Shown: piece after piece, positions 1-12,640 of the stretch
Layout: each line of letters starts with the position of its first letter
Numbering within the stretch: the first letter of the stretch is position 1
Assembly (NCBI GenBank): GCA_951406725.2
Contig: OX597832.1
Location: forward strand, 2,852,001 to 2,916,000
Direction: 5' to 3'
DNA: 64,000 nt
Origin: Octopus vulgaris
Taxonomy: Eukaryota
Program-made: the position numbers and the translations under genes
Notes under the pieces: generated by a model
The model's database searches: none
What the model was told of the DNA's origin: nothing
The model's input: the letters and a program-made list of their open reading frames with translations, nothing else

Positions 1-2404
1 CCTCCATGAAGTCGGACCCTCTCTCTTCTACAGGCATCTTGATGGTTTACTCGGATGCCACTATTCGTATTTGAATTTTGCTCTCTGTGGCATGGGCTCT
101 TTGGCCTGTCCTGATTGGGGTTACATGTTGTACCAGCATCACACCATATGGCCCGTCTATCTGATTTGGGCATATGCCAGTTCACTCTGACTGGGTCTTC
201 TGCTTTCATCTTCTCCAGGATTTCTCACATCATCGCCACCATCCCCTCTCCCACCTTCTTACTCCAGTTCTCCCCTTCTGCTCATCTCTTGGTGTAACTG
301 CATGCTATACGCAGCCACCCCATGATTGGGTAGTGACCTACTAACTTCCCGCACATTGAGAACAGTTCTCACCTGCTGACGTTGGTACCCAGCTCCGGGA
401 TCTCATTACACCTACAAAACATCAACTCACCTGTTCTGTCTCTCTGAAGCTTAAGTTCCAGTGCAACTCCTCCAGCCATTGGCTCTGGTGGCTTTTTTGC
501 AATTAACCCGAATTTCTTCAAATGTCTCACAACCTCTGTGGCAGGCACTATGGTCTTGTCCACTAGGATGTCATCTATGTAGGAACTGGTGGCCCTTCTT
601 ATCCTATCCACTAAAATACATGGCCGGTCATCTCCCGAAAGTCCAGTACCGGTCTAACTTTGCCCTTTGTTGGCCGCACCACTGCCATTAGAGGTAGCAC
701 TTTGCTCACCACCTCACCATCCTCCACAGGATAAAGATACCTTCCTTAATCCACTTCTCTACCTCTTCTTGAAACTCGCCCCTGGTATGCCCTTTAAGGG
801 TATGCTGATAGCAGCTCGCCTTGTTCTTCAGCATTGGGGGTCCCTCTTTCCAGTGCCACCCTATCGTCCATCGCTGACCATTGAACGCCATCTGAAAATC
901 CTTGTCTTCAATGGCATAGGAAGTCAAGCTCCTCATGGGGCTCTGCCCCCACTCACATTCCTGACTACACAGCACACATTGCCTTCACGGCACCAAATGA
1001 AACCATGTCTCCTCCAAAACTGACACCTCCAAGGTGGTTGATCGCATCCATCCCCATTACCATGTCAATCCTGTCTATCACATGGTCGATCATGATTGCC
1101 CAAAACCTTACTGTTGTGCCTCACACTGCTATATCCATATCGCTGGTATGCTTGCATTCAATTATGCTGCCATTGGCCACCTGAACTCTACTTGTCCCCT
1201 TCCATTTCTTTGTCACCCTTGGGGTCACAAGAGTCATCATGCAACCCATGTCCACTAGGGTCTTGAACGTGTTTCCCCTGACCATGTCGGCAACAACAGG
1301 CTGTGACTTCACCAATGCCTCTACTCGTTCACAGGGGAAGTTTGAGAGGCAACAACTTTCCTGTGACCATTTCCCTGGCTACAATTTCAGGCAATATGCC
1401 CAGTCTGTTTGTACCGACAGCAAACCAGTCCAGGCTCCGTGCAGTAACCTTGCCAGGTGTGGTCCTTGGCACTTAAAATACCGGCCTGTGAACAGCTGCT
1501 GTTGTTCCTCAGCAGGCCTCTTTTTGTCCTTCGCTGGCTGTCATGCAGATTTGCGGGCTTCTGCAGCCGCCATCACTACTGCCTTCCGCCTGGTGTTTTG
1601 TGTCAACATGCGGGCTTGAACAATGAGCTCACTCGTTGCCATTTTGTTGCTGCCTGGCAACTGTTGTAGTTGCACCAACAAGTCATCGGGAAAGCCATTC
1701 ACAAAAGCCACTCACACTACTTTCTCAAGTCACTCACCGGTAAGACCAGACAACACAACCAACCTCCATACCTCCACAGCATATTCATCGACCTGTTTTC
1801 TCCATCTGATTGTTCCCAGCTTAGCAAAAGTGGTGTACTCTCAATCTGTGTAAGCCTCTCTCGAGCACTGATCGATCTTTGCCAGCTCAGCTGTTCTTCT
1901 TCATCCATTTCAAGGTACAGTGCCAGTGCACTCCCTTCCAAATACAGGGCCATGAGGCTTGCTACATCTTCGATGTCTTGTAGCCTGGCCACAACTTTGA
2001 CCTTTTAAACGTCACCTTCACCATAGAAAGGTCTGATGACATCACTACCAATCCTTATCTTCGCTGCCATCATATATCAAGGGGACAACGACATCTGTAT
2101 ACAATTGCCGAAATAGCTTGTTGTGCATGGGAAATGAAAAGTGGTTCACCTACCTTCTTCTCTCATCTGTGCCCATCTAGTAATAGTTACTCTGACAATC
2201 CTGCCCTACCCTGCCACCCAGTAATAAGCAGCTGCTATCTCCAATCCGAGAGCGAGTTCCCTCACATCCATTTGCAATGCCTCGGCCAGCCAAAGAAGGA
2301 CAACCCTCTGCTGTCCCCCCAGAACTTCCCTTCTTACACTTCCTCTTCTGATCAGTCCCTTGACCATTGACATCATGGCCCTCTTCTTCCAGCTCATCCC
2401 CACA
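1..2404 (-). mobile_element. Degenerate Ty3/Gypsy LTR retrotransposon (putative 5' LTR 2119-2404, gag, protease, RT)
   Basis: minus-strand ORF fragments: gag YLEGSALALYLEM, protease LVDMGC, RT YIDDILV; many frameshifts/stops; upstream segment reads TGTGG...ACAACA like an LTR. Confidence 0.85.
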
Positions 2405-2519
2405 TCAGAGTAATCTGAATGTTAGAGGATTAAACTGGAGTACATTTTCTTAATTTTATTGTTCATGTAGTAAAGAATGAAATTCTTACATTCTCTTGAT
2501 TTCCTGTAATTCAAATTGC

Positions 2520-3015
2520 CTCATGGTCCCAGTAGACAAAATGGAAAAGTTGTTGCCCTGGAAGATGGTGAGGGAGATTCATTAGAACAGACACTCTGAC
2601 TCCCGGGGTTTGCACTTGTGGATAGCCATCTCTGCCCTGATAGCAGTGAACAGCAATGTGGTCCAGGAGCCAAGAACACCAGAGGTCTCTACTGCCACAG
2701 GCTCAAAACATAAACCTATCAGAGAACAACTGATACTTTGATAGTTTGCTTTTCTCAGCCTGACTAGTAGCAAAGCCTGAGCTGGTAGCTGAACACACCA
2801 AGTTGCCACTGAAGAAGGCGTTGCAGCTAGAGAATGTGTCCCAGATGAGGGGTCTACCAATACAGAAGAGGAAAATACTGTCTGGCTTTTCATTGTGCCT
2901 CCAGTCTAGCCCTGCTGACTTGAGCTGGGAAGGGAAGCCTGTGGCATCTAGACCATGTTTTATGATTTTGTTAAGGGTGGTATGGCATGGAAAGCAGCTA
3001 GCACTGTCTCATCTT
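2520..3015 (-). mobile_element. CRE-like non-LTR retrotransposon remnant (restriction-like endonuclease C-terminus)
   Basis: reading across frames: GFPSQL..AGL....EKPDS...GRPLIWD, then FEPVAVETSGVLG and RISLTIFQGNN, resembling RPDG..WD..PVAVET.G..QRGNA of CRE-type RLE domains. Confidence 0.7.
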
Positions 3016-3314
3016 TAAGAAACCCATAACCCCTCAGCACCCACCACTCACTCACCACCAATATCAACAACAACAAAAACATTATGATCAAAACTAAAAT
3101 TAATACCACTAAAACTAATGAACATGTCACAAAAGTTAGCTTCCTAGTTTTATGCATCCCCCAACAAGTTAATATTCTAAACTTATACACCTGCCCTCCA
3201 AGATTTTCCTATTGTCTTAATCTTTTGTTTCATGTCTTTCACTGTAGTAAATTCTAACGCTAATAAGAAACCTGTGGTTTTATATAGCTTTTTTTTAAAA
3301 TCATATTTTTGCAG

Positions 3315-3381
3315 CAATTTCTGGATGATATAGCATACAGAGATATAGAAGATCTTGAAGAAAAACTTATACGATATAAAA
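3315..3381 (+). CDS. AIF1: AIF1/Iba1-like coding exon (67 nt): QFLDDIAYRDIEDLEEKLIRYK
   Basis: ttttgcAG acceptor at 3313-3314, GTaag donor at 3382; peptide matches the AIF1 FL.D..Y....L..KL..(F/Y)K segment; phase 0 to phase 1 joins the next exon in frame. Confidence 0.92.
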
Positions 3382-3994
3382 GTAAGATTTTATATTTTAA
3401 TTTTGAACAATTTTGGGTACATTTATCATAAGTAGATTATTTTTAATCCCTTAGCAACTGATGGTGTCTACTATGTAGATTTAACTGAAATATATTAATA
3501 ACGGAAATATTGTGGTAACATTATAAACTCTTTCTTATTTACACACTATTCTAACCACTACAAAAGTTACCTTATGGGTCTCATCTTCATTTATATTTAC
3601 AGGCAGAATTATATATAGATATTTTCTAACAAATGATATTTGGGATAACATTGTGATGCAAAAACTTAGGTTGTTAGTTTTCATTTAGGTTTTAAAATTC
3701 TTTTGGCCTCCAGACCCTTGAATGGAATCATATCTGTTGTAAGTATTCAGTTCAGTGCTGAAGGAAACCTCTAAAACTCATAGGAAATTTAAACTATAAC
3801 AGTTTTGCAAAAGCTCAATGCCTGTTAAAGGTATCCAATATAAACCATTTCCAATACAGATTGGCTCCCAGATTGATAATTTTAGAATACAATGACTGAA
3901 TACGTGTAAATATCACAAATCTAATTCCCCTAAATGTCAAGAATAAAACATTTCAGTAATTTTGGTATAGAGCTCTTTAATATTACCTCATGCC

Positions 3995-4210
3995 TAAGGC
4001 AGCAAACTGGAAGAATCATCAGCATGCTGGGTTAAATGCTTAGTGGCATTTTGTCTGTCTTTATGTTCTGAGTTCAAATTCTGCTGACTTTGACATTCAT
4101 CCTTTTGAAGTTGATAAAATAAGTACCAGCTGCACCCTGGGGTTGATGTAATCAACTTACCCTCTCCCCACAAATTGCTGGACTTCAGTCAAAATTTGAA
4201 ACCAATATTA
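3995..4210 (+). mobile_element. tRNA-derived SINE (family A)
   Basis: B-box-like GAGTTCAAATTC, core CATCCTTT...GATAAAATAAGTACCAG, 3' end AAATTTGAAACC; recurs more than 10 times in the window. Confidence 0.8.
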
Positions 4211-4281
4211 TTTCATTCCACCATTTAATCAATTATGCTCTCATATCATCATGAAAAAAATTGACAACATTTGTATTATTT

Positions 4282-4497
4282 AAGGCATAAGCTGGCAGAA
4301 TTGTTAGCACACCAGGCAAAATGCTTAGTGGCATTTCATCCTTTTATATGTACTGTGTTCAAATTCTGTTGGGATCAACTTTGCCTTTCAATCTTTCAAG
4401 GTCAATAAAATAAGTACCAGTTAAGTACTGGGCTTCATCTAATCAACTTACCCCTCCCCTGAAATAGTTGGCCTTGTGCCAAAATTTGAAACCAATA
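4282..4497 (+). mobile_element. SINE family A
   Basis: second copy close to the previous one, same motifs. Confidence 0.8.
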
Positions 4498-5049
4498 TGC
4501 TAACACTGAGAATTTTTCTGATTTTTTGAAGAATCCTTCCACAAACTCTTCAGATTTAATGATTAAAATTAGATTCTTTATGCAAGATCTTAGAAACTGG
4601 TATCTGTAGAGTTTACTATACATAAATTTAAAGTGAAACTTGGAAAGGTTTATAGTTGTCATAGTTTTTTTAATAATAAACTTTGAAAAATTAATTAAAC
4701 TACCCATATTTATATGGATGAATTTTAAAGATACTCATATTTATTGATATAAATGATTCAAGAGGTATACCATTGGCAAAAAAAAAAAAAGAAAGATGAA
4801 AAATATTAAATTGATGCCTATTCAGAAAGAACTATTGACATCTATACATCGATATTGTTCAGAACTAATATAATTGACATCATTTTGACAAACTAGTAAT
4901 ATATGAATAAATAGATGAACAAATGCTAACTAAATATCATATTTATAATTAAAACATTAGCATCATAGTAATAGCAATAATTAAGATGAAAATAATTATC
5001 ATACTTTGTTTTTCAATATCTTGCAATAAAATATCTATATTTGTTGCAG

Positions 5050-5091
5050 GTCAGTTTATGCAGTTTGATCAAGATGTTAGTGGTGATCTTA
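5050..5091 (+). CDS. AIF1: AIF1-like coding exon (42 nt): (S)QFMQFDQDVSGDL, start of EF-hand 1 loop
   Basis: ttgttgcAG acceptor, GTgag donor at 5092; matches AIF1 KYMEFDLNGNGDI; phase 1 to phase 1. Confidence 0.93.
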
Positions 5092-5160
5092 GTGAGTACA
5101 AATTATTTATTTTTGATTTTAACTTGCCTGGGAATTAAATTTTTCCTTACAGTTTGGAAG

Positions 5161-5192
5161 AATAACAACAACAACAACAACAACAACAATAA

Positions 5193-5242
<50 letters not shown>
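5161..5242. repeat. (AAC)n/(AAT)n microsatellite
   Basis: direct reading. Confidence 0.95.
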
Positions 5243-5244
<2 letters not shown>

Positions 5245-5299
5245 CAAAAATACAAAATTTACCACTTTTATGAAAGGAGATAAATTATACCACATATGT

Positions 5300-6590
5300 T
5301 TGAAGGAAATTATGTAAGAGCTTCTGGGTAAACAAGATTCTTTGTTTTCTGATTTGGAGCATTGACAAACAAGTCTTGCAAACAACCTACCCTGGAGCAA
5401 CCAACAAAGTTGGCCATGAGAAAATCAAGCCAATAGATTTCAAAGACTGACCTTGAGCTGTATTAATAGACATTGCAAAAGTAAGTCGCACTGGGAATTC
5501 TGTTTGTTTGAACTCAAAGGGCATGTCTGTTGGTTTGATTGGAATTCTTGGAACGAAAACCTCTTCCCCAGAGGCACATCCAGTTATGATGGTAGCTTCT
5601 GTCACATTAAGTGATAATGTCTTCACAATCAACCTTGTCCCATTGCATAATATAGGAGCATCTCAATTTCTTAGAAGCATTATTGGGACACCTACCTTCA
5701 AAAAAAGTTTATGTGGAGGAATTCCAGGTGACTCAAGAGAATTAAGGAACTCTGTTGAGTAATGGACAGCTTGATTTTCATCAAGGACTGAATCAACTGA
5801 TTTGTACTTCTTAATGACTGTTGGAATCTTATTCATTAATTCATGGTTAATTCTTGCTATTGTCTCATTTTTTGGATTAAGAATTGCCCTTTCACACAAC
5901 CATTTATGTGAATTATAATCATCACTTAAGTCTGGTAATACCTTGTTTTTCAATTGAGCTGGGGAATTCATCATGATAGCAATATGAGCCAATCTGATAT
6001 CACCATTCCCATTAAGTGGTACTTTCTCATTTCCTAATTGGAGGAGGCAGGTTGAAAACTGTTTTGCACATTGGTCCCTGTGTAATGAAGCTGGCACGTT
6101 AGTATTGAAGGAGAATTTCAGAACTTTATTCCAGAGGTGTGAAGACTTAATGCATGCTTTTATTTCATCAGATCTTGTTTGTCTCAGGATGACTGGTAAT
6201 GTCTGTCTGAATTTTCCTGATAAAAGTAATGTAAATCTTCCCATAAATTTATTGTTGCCTCCAATATCTTGTAAGGTGTTACCAAGACCTTCCATTGCAC
6301 CTCTATGTGACATGGTGCATTCATCCCAAATGATAAGGTGGCATTGGCACAACACTTCTGCTGAACCTGAATCTTTGCTTATGCTACAAATTAGACTGTC
6401 ACTTGTGACTAGGTTTAGTGGTAATTAAAAGCAGAATGAGCTGTTTGTCCTTCTGTGAGAAAAGCCAGACAATGGCAACTGCAAATTTTTTTTTGTTGCC
6501 TTACTTTGGAGAGTAGTAATGTTATTATTTTACGTGTGTCACCAGGAGCATCAAGAAAGAAAATTCTTCTGCTGTTTTTTGACAATTGTG
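5300..6590 (-). mobile_element. Helitron Rep/Hel remnant (Pif1-family helicase)
   Basis: FFLDAPGDTRK (degenerate Walker A), IIWDECTM, GKFRQTLPV, PPHKLFLKVGVPIMLLRN, FPVRLTFAMSINTAQGQSL; interrupted by stops and frameshifts. Confidence 0.92.
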
Positions 6591-7945
6591 GAACACTGCC
6601 CCCCCCCCACACACACAGATACATATACAATATCAAACCACAGATGAAATGGAGATGTATGTGTGTGTGTGAGAGAGAGAGAGAGAGAGTGAAGAGGTGT
6701 GTTGTCATTTACGTATATACATAAATAATAGGCATACATCTTTCTTGTATGTATGTGTGTGAGAGAGAGAGAGAGAGTGCCACTTAGACATCACTCTCCC
6801 TCTCACACACACATACACATACATACAGAAAATATGTATGTATGAATACATGACAACACACCCCTTCACTCGCACACACACACACAGACACACAACATAC
6901 ATACAAAAACACATGTGTGTGTTACTTATAAATATATAGAGCTGAACACAGCATGAAAAAAAAAATTTTTATGTAAATAAACAAGGTATGTGAGTTCCAG
7001 CAAAATAATGCCCATATTTTTTTGGGGTACCACATGTTTAATTGCAAAATTTTAACGTGATATTTGTGTAATAAAGAAATCAAACCTGGAGTGTGTGTAT
7101 GTGTGTGTGAGAGAGAGAGAGAGAGAAAGAGAGAGAATATTTCAAACAATGAATGAGATGGAGATGGAATGAATAAATCGTATAAATAGAAGCACGTTGA
7201 AAAGTGTCTTGTACTGAATATTTAAATTGTGAACTTAGTAAATATTTCTTTCAGTAATTTATTGTAGTTGTTTACAAATAGCAAATTAAAACTTGAAATG
7301 AAAACATTAAAATTTAGACAGGGACAGACTTCGCCATTTTTATGTCAATTACCAGAAGTTGACATTGAGAAACCTTTTTAAAGAAGTGAATCTAATGTAG
7401 AGAGTTTCATTAAAAAATATCCATTTTCTTGAAAGTTAACACAAATTGAAGTAGACTTGGGTGAATTTTCAGAAAATCCCCACCCCTCCTAAAACAGTCC
7501 CCCAGATTTTATATATTCGAAATTGACATAATAGAACACATATTCGTAAAAATTTTATTAAAAAATATCCATAATTCTGAAAATTATGATCATGGAAATT
7601 GTGTTGGGGAGCAGGGTGGAGGCAGAAATCTGTAGTTCTTAATATGACAGGCAGAAAGTAAATAAGATATTTTAAGGGAAAAAAAGTATTGTAGGGGTTG
7701 AAGGGAAATTTGTCACTCAGTGAACCAAAGAGCCAGTATCAAAGGAACCAGAAAAAAACCGTCAACAACAGGAAAGCGTTCATGGCTATAGTGTTTTAGA
7801 CATAGTCTTCCTTTGGTTTCTTAGGATAATGGAAGAAGAAAAGAGGAAAGGCCAAGAGAAACTGGAAAAAGAAGGAAGAACAAGCCATGTGGTTTAAGTC
7901 CACCTTGACAATGCAATATATAATTATAACCTTAGAAATATTGAA

Positions 7946-9155
7946 CAGGTGCCAACATGGCTGTGTGGTAAGAAGTTTGCTTCCCAACCACATGGTACCC
8001 AGTTCAGTTCCACTGTGTGGCACTTTGGGCAGATGTTTCCTACTACAGCCTCAAGCTAACCAAAGCCTTGAGTGGATTTGGTAGATGGAAACTAAAAAAA
8101 AGCTCATCATATATATATGGAGAAAGTAAGAAGAAAAAAGTGAAAATGCACATCGGGTATCAAAAAAATTATGAAAAGTAATGATAAATATATACAATTA
8201 AATGAACTGAGGTAGAATTAAGAATAAAAGTCATTATTATGAATTGTTAAAGGGATTCAAAGTCATACTGGTTTCATCAATTACTGTTCACTGGCTTTGA
8301 CAGCGCACTGATTATCAAAGAGAGTTGGGTCTACTAGTCTCTGAATAAAAAGATTATGTGTAAGGGAGGTAACTAGTTCTGGATGTGGTGCAGTTAGAGT
8401 AGATATAATACTGTAATAAGAATGGTGTATGGGATGTATGGGAGTTAGTGGTATTATTGGTAAGGTTAGTAGTGTTCTGTATTATGTTGTGCGTTCATGT
8501 TGAGTTGCGGATTGATATTTACTAATGGAAGTTGCCTCTTTGCTGTACTGAGGTGTTCTGTGAACATTGATAGAAAGGGAAAATTAGGAAGTTAGGATTA
8601 AGTTTCCTAGCACACCTTTCTATGTGTTCACTGACCTGTATCTGTCTGTATTGTGGGTGGGAAATTTGTTCTTTGTGAAGGGTGGTTCTTCAATGGAGTG
8701 ATATTCCTGTTTGGCCAATATATTGATTACCATACCCTAAGCAGGTAATGGCATAGATTACGTTTTCCGAGGCACAGGTGAAATTTGATTTAATCTTAAA
8801 TCCTCCAAAAGGTGGGGCCATGTGCCACAGTTAGGTCGACTGAATTTTTTCACTTTTGGTTCCGTTTTTAATGGATATAGTCTTGTGTTGGTTAATATTT
8901 TTTTAATGATTTCAATGTACTCTCCATATATATATGCATGTATGTATATAACTATGTGTGTCTTTGTGTTTGTCTTATCACTGCTTGACAACCAGTGTTG
9001 GTGTGTTTACGTTCCTATAACTTAGTGGTTCAGCAAAAGAGACTGATAGAATAAGTAGCTGGCTTAAAAAAAAATAATTCCTGGGGTAAATTTGTTTGAC
9101 TTAAAACCCTTCAAGGCAGTGTCCAAGTCAAATGATTGAAACAAGTCAAAGATAT
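7946..9155 (+). mobile_element. CORE-type tRNA SINE (family B) split by a Penelope fragment
   Basis: head GGCTGTGTGGTAAGAAG...CAGTTCCACTGTGTGGCACTTTGGGCAG to 8120, tail 8985-9155; uninterrupted copies at 12320-12640 and 37945-38356. Confidence 0.75.
8120..8925 (-). mobile_element. Penelope-like element 3' fragment (GIY-YIG endonuclease)
   Basis: minus strand reads KVKKFSRPNCGTWPHL and YAITCLGYGNQYIGQTG. Confidence 0.8.
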
Positions 9156-9521
9156 ATGATAATGAATAAACTGATAGATTTAGAAGAATAAAACCTCATT
9201 GAATTGTTTAAAGAATTAAGTCTAAAGATTATAGAGACAACTGCCTTAAAATAGCCTATTTGTTAGACATGAGCAAATACCACTCTTAAATGAAACCAAA
9301 ACAAAACACTCTAATATAGTAGCATAAAATCAAATCACCCCAGTAAATTAAACAATGTTGAGAAGGATATTAGTACTCATTTATCCATCTGAGTCAATAA
9401 ACATTCTTTCAATAATGTTCAAATGTTATTTGTTAACTACTATGGTTCATTTAAAACAACTCTCTTCCTCCCCCAACAGTGATCTGTTGCCTGATTTATA
9501 TTTTCTAATTTTTAAAATTAG

Positions 9522-9684
9522 ATATTATGGATGTGAAACGAATGCTTGAAAGACTTGGCCAAGCCAAAACACATTTGGAAATTAAGAAGATGATTGAACA
9601 AGTTGATCGCACTGGTACAGGAGTAATTACATACCATGATTTTGTTTTTATGATGATTGGGAAAAAGTCTGGAATCTTAAAATT
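9522..9684 (+). CDS. AIF1: AIF1-like coding exon (163 nt): (N)IMDVKRMLERLGQAKTHLEIKKMIEQVDRTGTGVITYHDFVFMMIGKKSGILK(L)
   Basis: ttAG acceptor 9520-9521, GTaag donor 9685; hallmark AIF1 motifs KRMLE.LG..KTHLE.KK.I and MM.GK.S.ILK. Confidence 0.96.
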
Positions 9685-10679
9685 GTAAGTAATTATTTTC
9701 ATACATATTTACTTTATTTAATGATATACTGTAGCAATAAATGTAAGATATATTATGTTAGAACATAAGAATATTCCTATCACTGACAGATTGAAACAGG
9801 AATTTGTTTCATACTCTGCACGTATTGCCCTCCATATTTTTATATTGTTCACTATTTTTACTTCATTCAGTCACAAACCCATAGTAGAAGAAAATAATAC
9901 AAAAGAATAGTAGATAGGTAACTCTTTTTTCTAGTTTTTTAAAGACATTATAAGCATCAATTGCTACAAGACCCCTGGCAAAATTTAAACCATGCACCTG
10001 TCCCATGCCAGTTGATAGCTACATGGATTGACTCATCAGAGTACCTGTTTCTCTTTTCTTTCTTAAAATCTTAACAGTTAACTCACAGAAATGTAAGTTT
10101 TATAATAAATTTCTGATCTTTTCTGTCTCCACTGCCACTTGATAAGCCAAGTGTTTCTAATTTTTATTGGTTTGTTTTTTAACTCCCTACCAAGCATATA
10201 ATCTAATTAGAGGTAAGAGCAGGAAAGACAAGCGAAATAATGTAAAATCACAAAGATAACTTTACTGATTGATCTCTATTTGGTTATTTCTCTAAACTTT
10301 ATTTTTTATTCGTATTCATTCAATTCAACCAATCAAGTGCAACAACGGAAATACCCCTAGGAAAGTATTCTACAAATACATGACTACTGCCACTGTTCTC
10401 TATATTTGTTAGTTTTTTTCCTACTCTGTTACTTTCTAAACCTGGAACTTATAAACTTCAAATGAGCAATCCTTAAAAGTTTGACTTTAAATGTCTTCTG
10501 AATAATAAAGAACTCTATCTTTCATAATTAAATTAACAAAATTGGGGATAAAGAAAATATTTTAAAATGATTTTTTTTTTCCAAATTTCTGACTCCCATT
10601 CCTAGTGGACATTCTTCTTACACACAATGTATTTTATGAGGCGTAATTCACTTATAAATATTTTTATAAGAAAGTCAAA

Positions 10680-11950
10680 GAAAGAGGAACAATATCCATG
10701 ATCTTTGAAGGTTCTTGATAGGTTAGAGAGATGTAGTTGATGTTCTGCTCGAACACCTGGAAGTTAGTAACTGTAGGAAAATTGTGAAATGGGGAGGAAT
10801 TTCAGAGGGTTACAGTTCCAAGAAGGAAGGAGTGGGAAATGGGGTTGCTACAAGGTCTGAGAAGTGAAGTAGAGAGAATGAGATGACGATAGGACACATG
10901 ACTTAGTTGAAGAAAGTATGCTATCCATTAGTCCAGAGGAGAAGAAGCTATGTTGTAGTGATAAGAGAGACAGTTCAGAATGGCAAACAATTTAGTGTTC
11001 ACCAGCAGTATTAATGTGGAGGGAGGGCTTGAGTCAGCAGACGTTTTGTACGTTTAACTCTCCAATTACAATGACTTCAAAATGAAATGAGGTGATGGCA
11101 GCTGGAGAAAGAGTTGATGGTAACTGGAGATTTATTTGAGAAATGTTAGAGGCAGCAGATGAACTTCGAAGAACTTTGTGGGTCTCTGAGCCAGAGTAAC
11201 TGGAAATCATTGTTGCTGAAATGCAAGAGAGAGCAGTAAGTGTTTCTATTTAGATACATGCATTATCTATCAAAGCAAAGTTAAAGAGTGTATCTTGGAG
11301 AGTAGAGATGGATCTGAAATAGATAATTATCTGTCTCAGATTATAATCAGGTATTTATGTCTCAGGAAGGAATTATGCTAATATGTGATGATGGTGGATG
11401 AAATTCAGGCTTGACTGAGATCCCTGAATAGTTACACAAACACACATACACATGCATGCAGGTATGCACATACTTCACTACATACATACTTGTACATGTT
11501 CCATACTGATCTATGAAAAAATATCTATACCTCTTGGAAATGAAATTGTTATCAGTCACATGAATTTTGTAATTGAAAATATAGTTCTTAATCATTTCAG
11601 TTAGTAGTAATTATCTTCTTGCACTGATGAAAGTTTTTAGTTCAAAATTTAAAGAATCCAATAATGTCCATCTTCAATTGTTTTCTTTGCCTCTACTGAA
11701 GCTATCTAAATCACCCATGTATAGTCTTACAGGAGATATTTTAAAACATTGTCATTCTGTAGTCATGTATCATCAGCTTTCAATAAATAAAATTCACTTT
11801 TTTCCAATGAAACAAATAAATGATTATCCATATTGGGAAATTTACAGGTAAGATAGAACTTAAATGGAATTGTAGCTTTTGTTAATGGATATGATTAACT
11901 TTTGGCTTTCACTTACTGATAACCATCTCCTGCCTGTTCATTTCAGCAAG
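10680..11950 (-). mobile_element. Heavily decayed LINE (CR1/L2-like) RT and 3' end
   Basis: minus strand SHSFLLGTVTL*NSSP..FP...NFQVF resembles SFFPRT..LWNSLP..FP; further weak RT-like remnants (FFID, KAKV) upstream. Confidence 0.5.
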
Positions 11951-12319
11951 CTTTAATAACCCTGTCTATAATCCTTAGCATTCATTGATGAAGACCAACA
12001 AACAGAAATCATATAGTTCCATGTTTAAAATTACTATATTGTCCCTTCTTTCATTATATGAATAGAATTGGTGTATATTAGTTCTGATAAACTCTTGATA
12101 AAATGTAGGTTTTTCATTAAAACAGTAAAATACATATACATGTGTATACACACACACAATTATGGATATCATCCTAAAATGTTCCAAAGTTGACTAAGAT
12201 AGCAAGGGATACCTGTATGGGATAAATTTAACATACATTGTACTGGGATAACATATTAGCTATCAAATGCAATCTAAACTAATGATGAGTACATCATTCT
12301 TGTTATAGATTTATCGTTT

Positions 12320-12640
12320 GTTTTTTTACTTGTTTCAGTCATTTGACTGCAGCACTGCCTTGAAGGGTTTTAATCAAATAAATTGACCCCAGGATTTATT
12401 TTTCTTTTAAGCCTGATACTTATTCTGTCAGTCTCTTTTGTCGAACCACTATATTATGGGGATGTAAACATACCAACTCTGATTGTCAAGCAGTGGTAGG
12501 GAACAAACAAAGATATAATGACACACACACACATATATATACAATGGGCTTCTTTCAGTTTCCATCTACCAAATCCTCTCACAAGGCTTTGGTTGGCCCA
12601 AGGCTATAGTAGAAGACACTTGCCCAAGGTGCCACACATC
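12320..12640 (-). mobile_element. SINE family B (CORE-type)
   Basis: reverse complement of GGCACCTTGGGCAAGTGTCTTCTACTATAGC...GGAAACTGAAAGAAGCCC plus tail. Confidence 0.8.

Noticed and set aside
3995-4090. A/B-box sequence as a tRNA gene
   Set aside because: No cloverleaf; it is the head of a multi-copy SINE.
5041-5283. ORF with poly-Asn; similar poly-Ile, YI-repeat and HT-repeat ORFs at 28821, 34969, 37891, 39769, 41209-41695
   Set aside because: Translations of (AAT)n, (AT)n and (CA)n microsatellites; the real AIF1 exon at 5050-5091 is in another frame.
5663-6355. 230-aa Pif1-like helicase ORF as a host PIF1 gene
   Set aside because: Intronless, broken by stops and frameshifts with degenerate motifs, antisense in an intron: a Helitron remnant.
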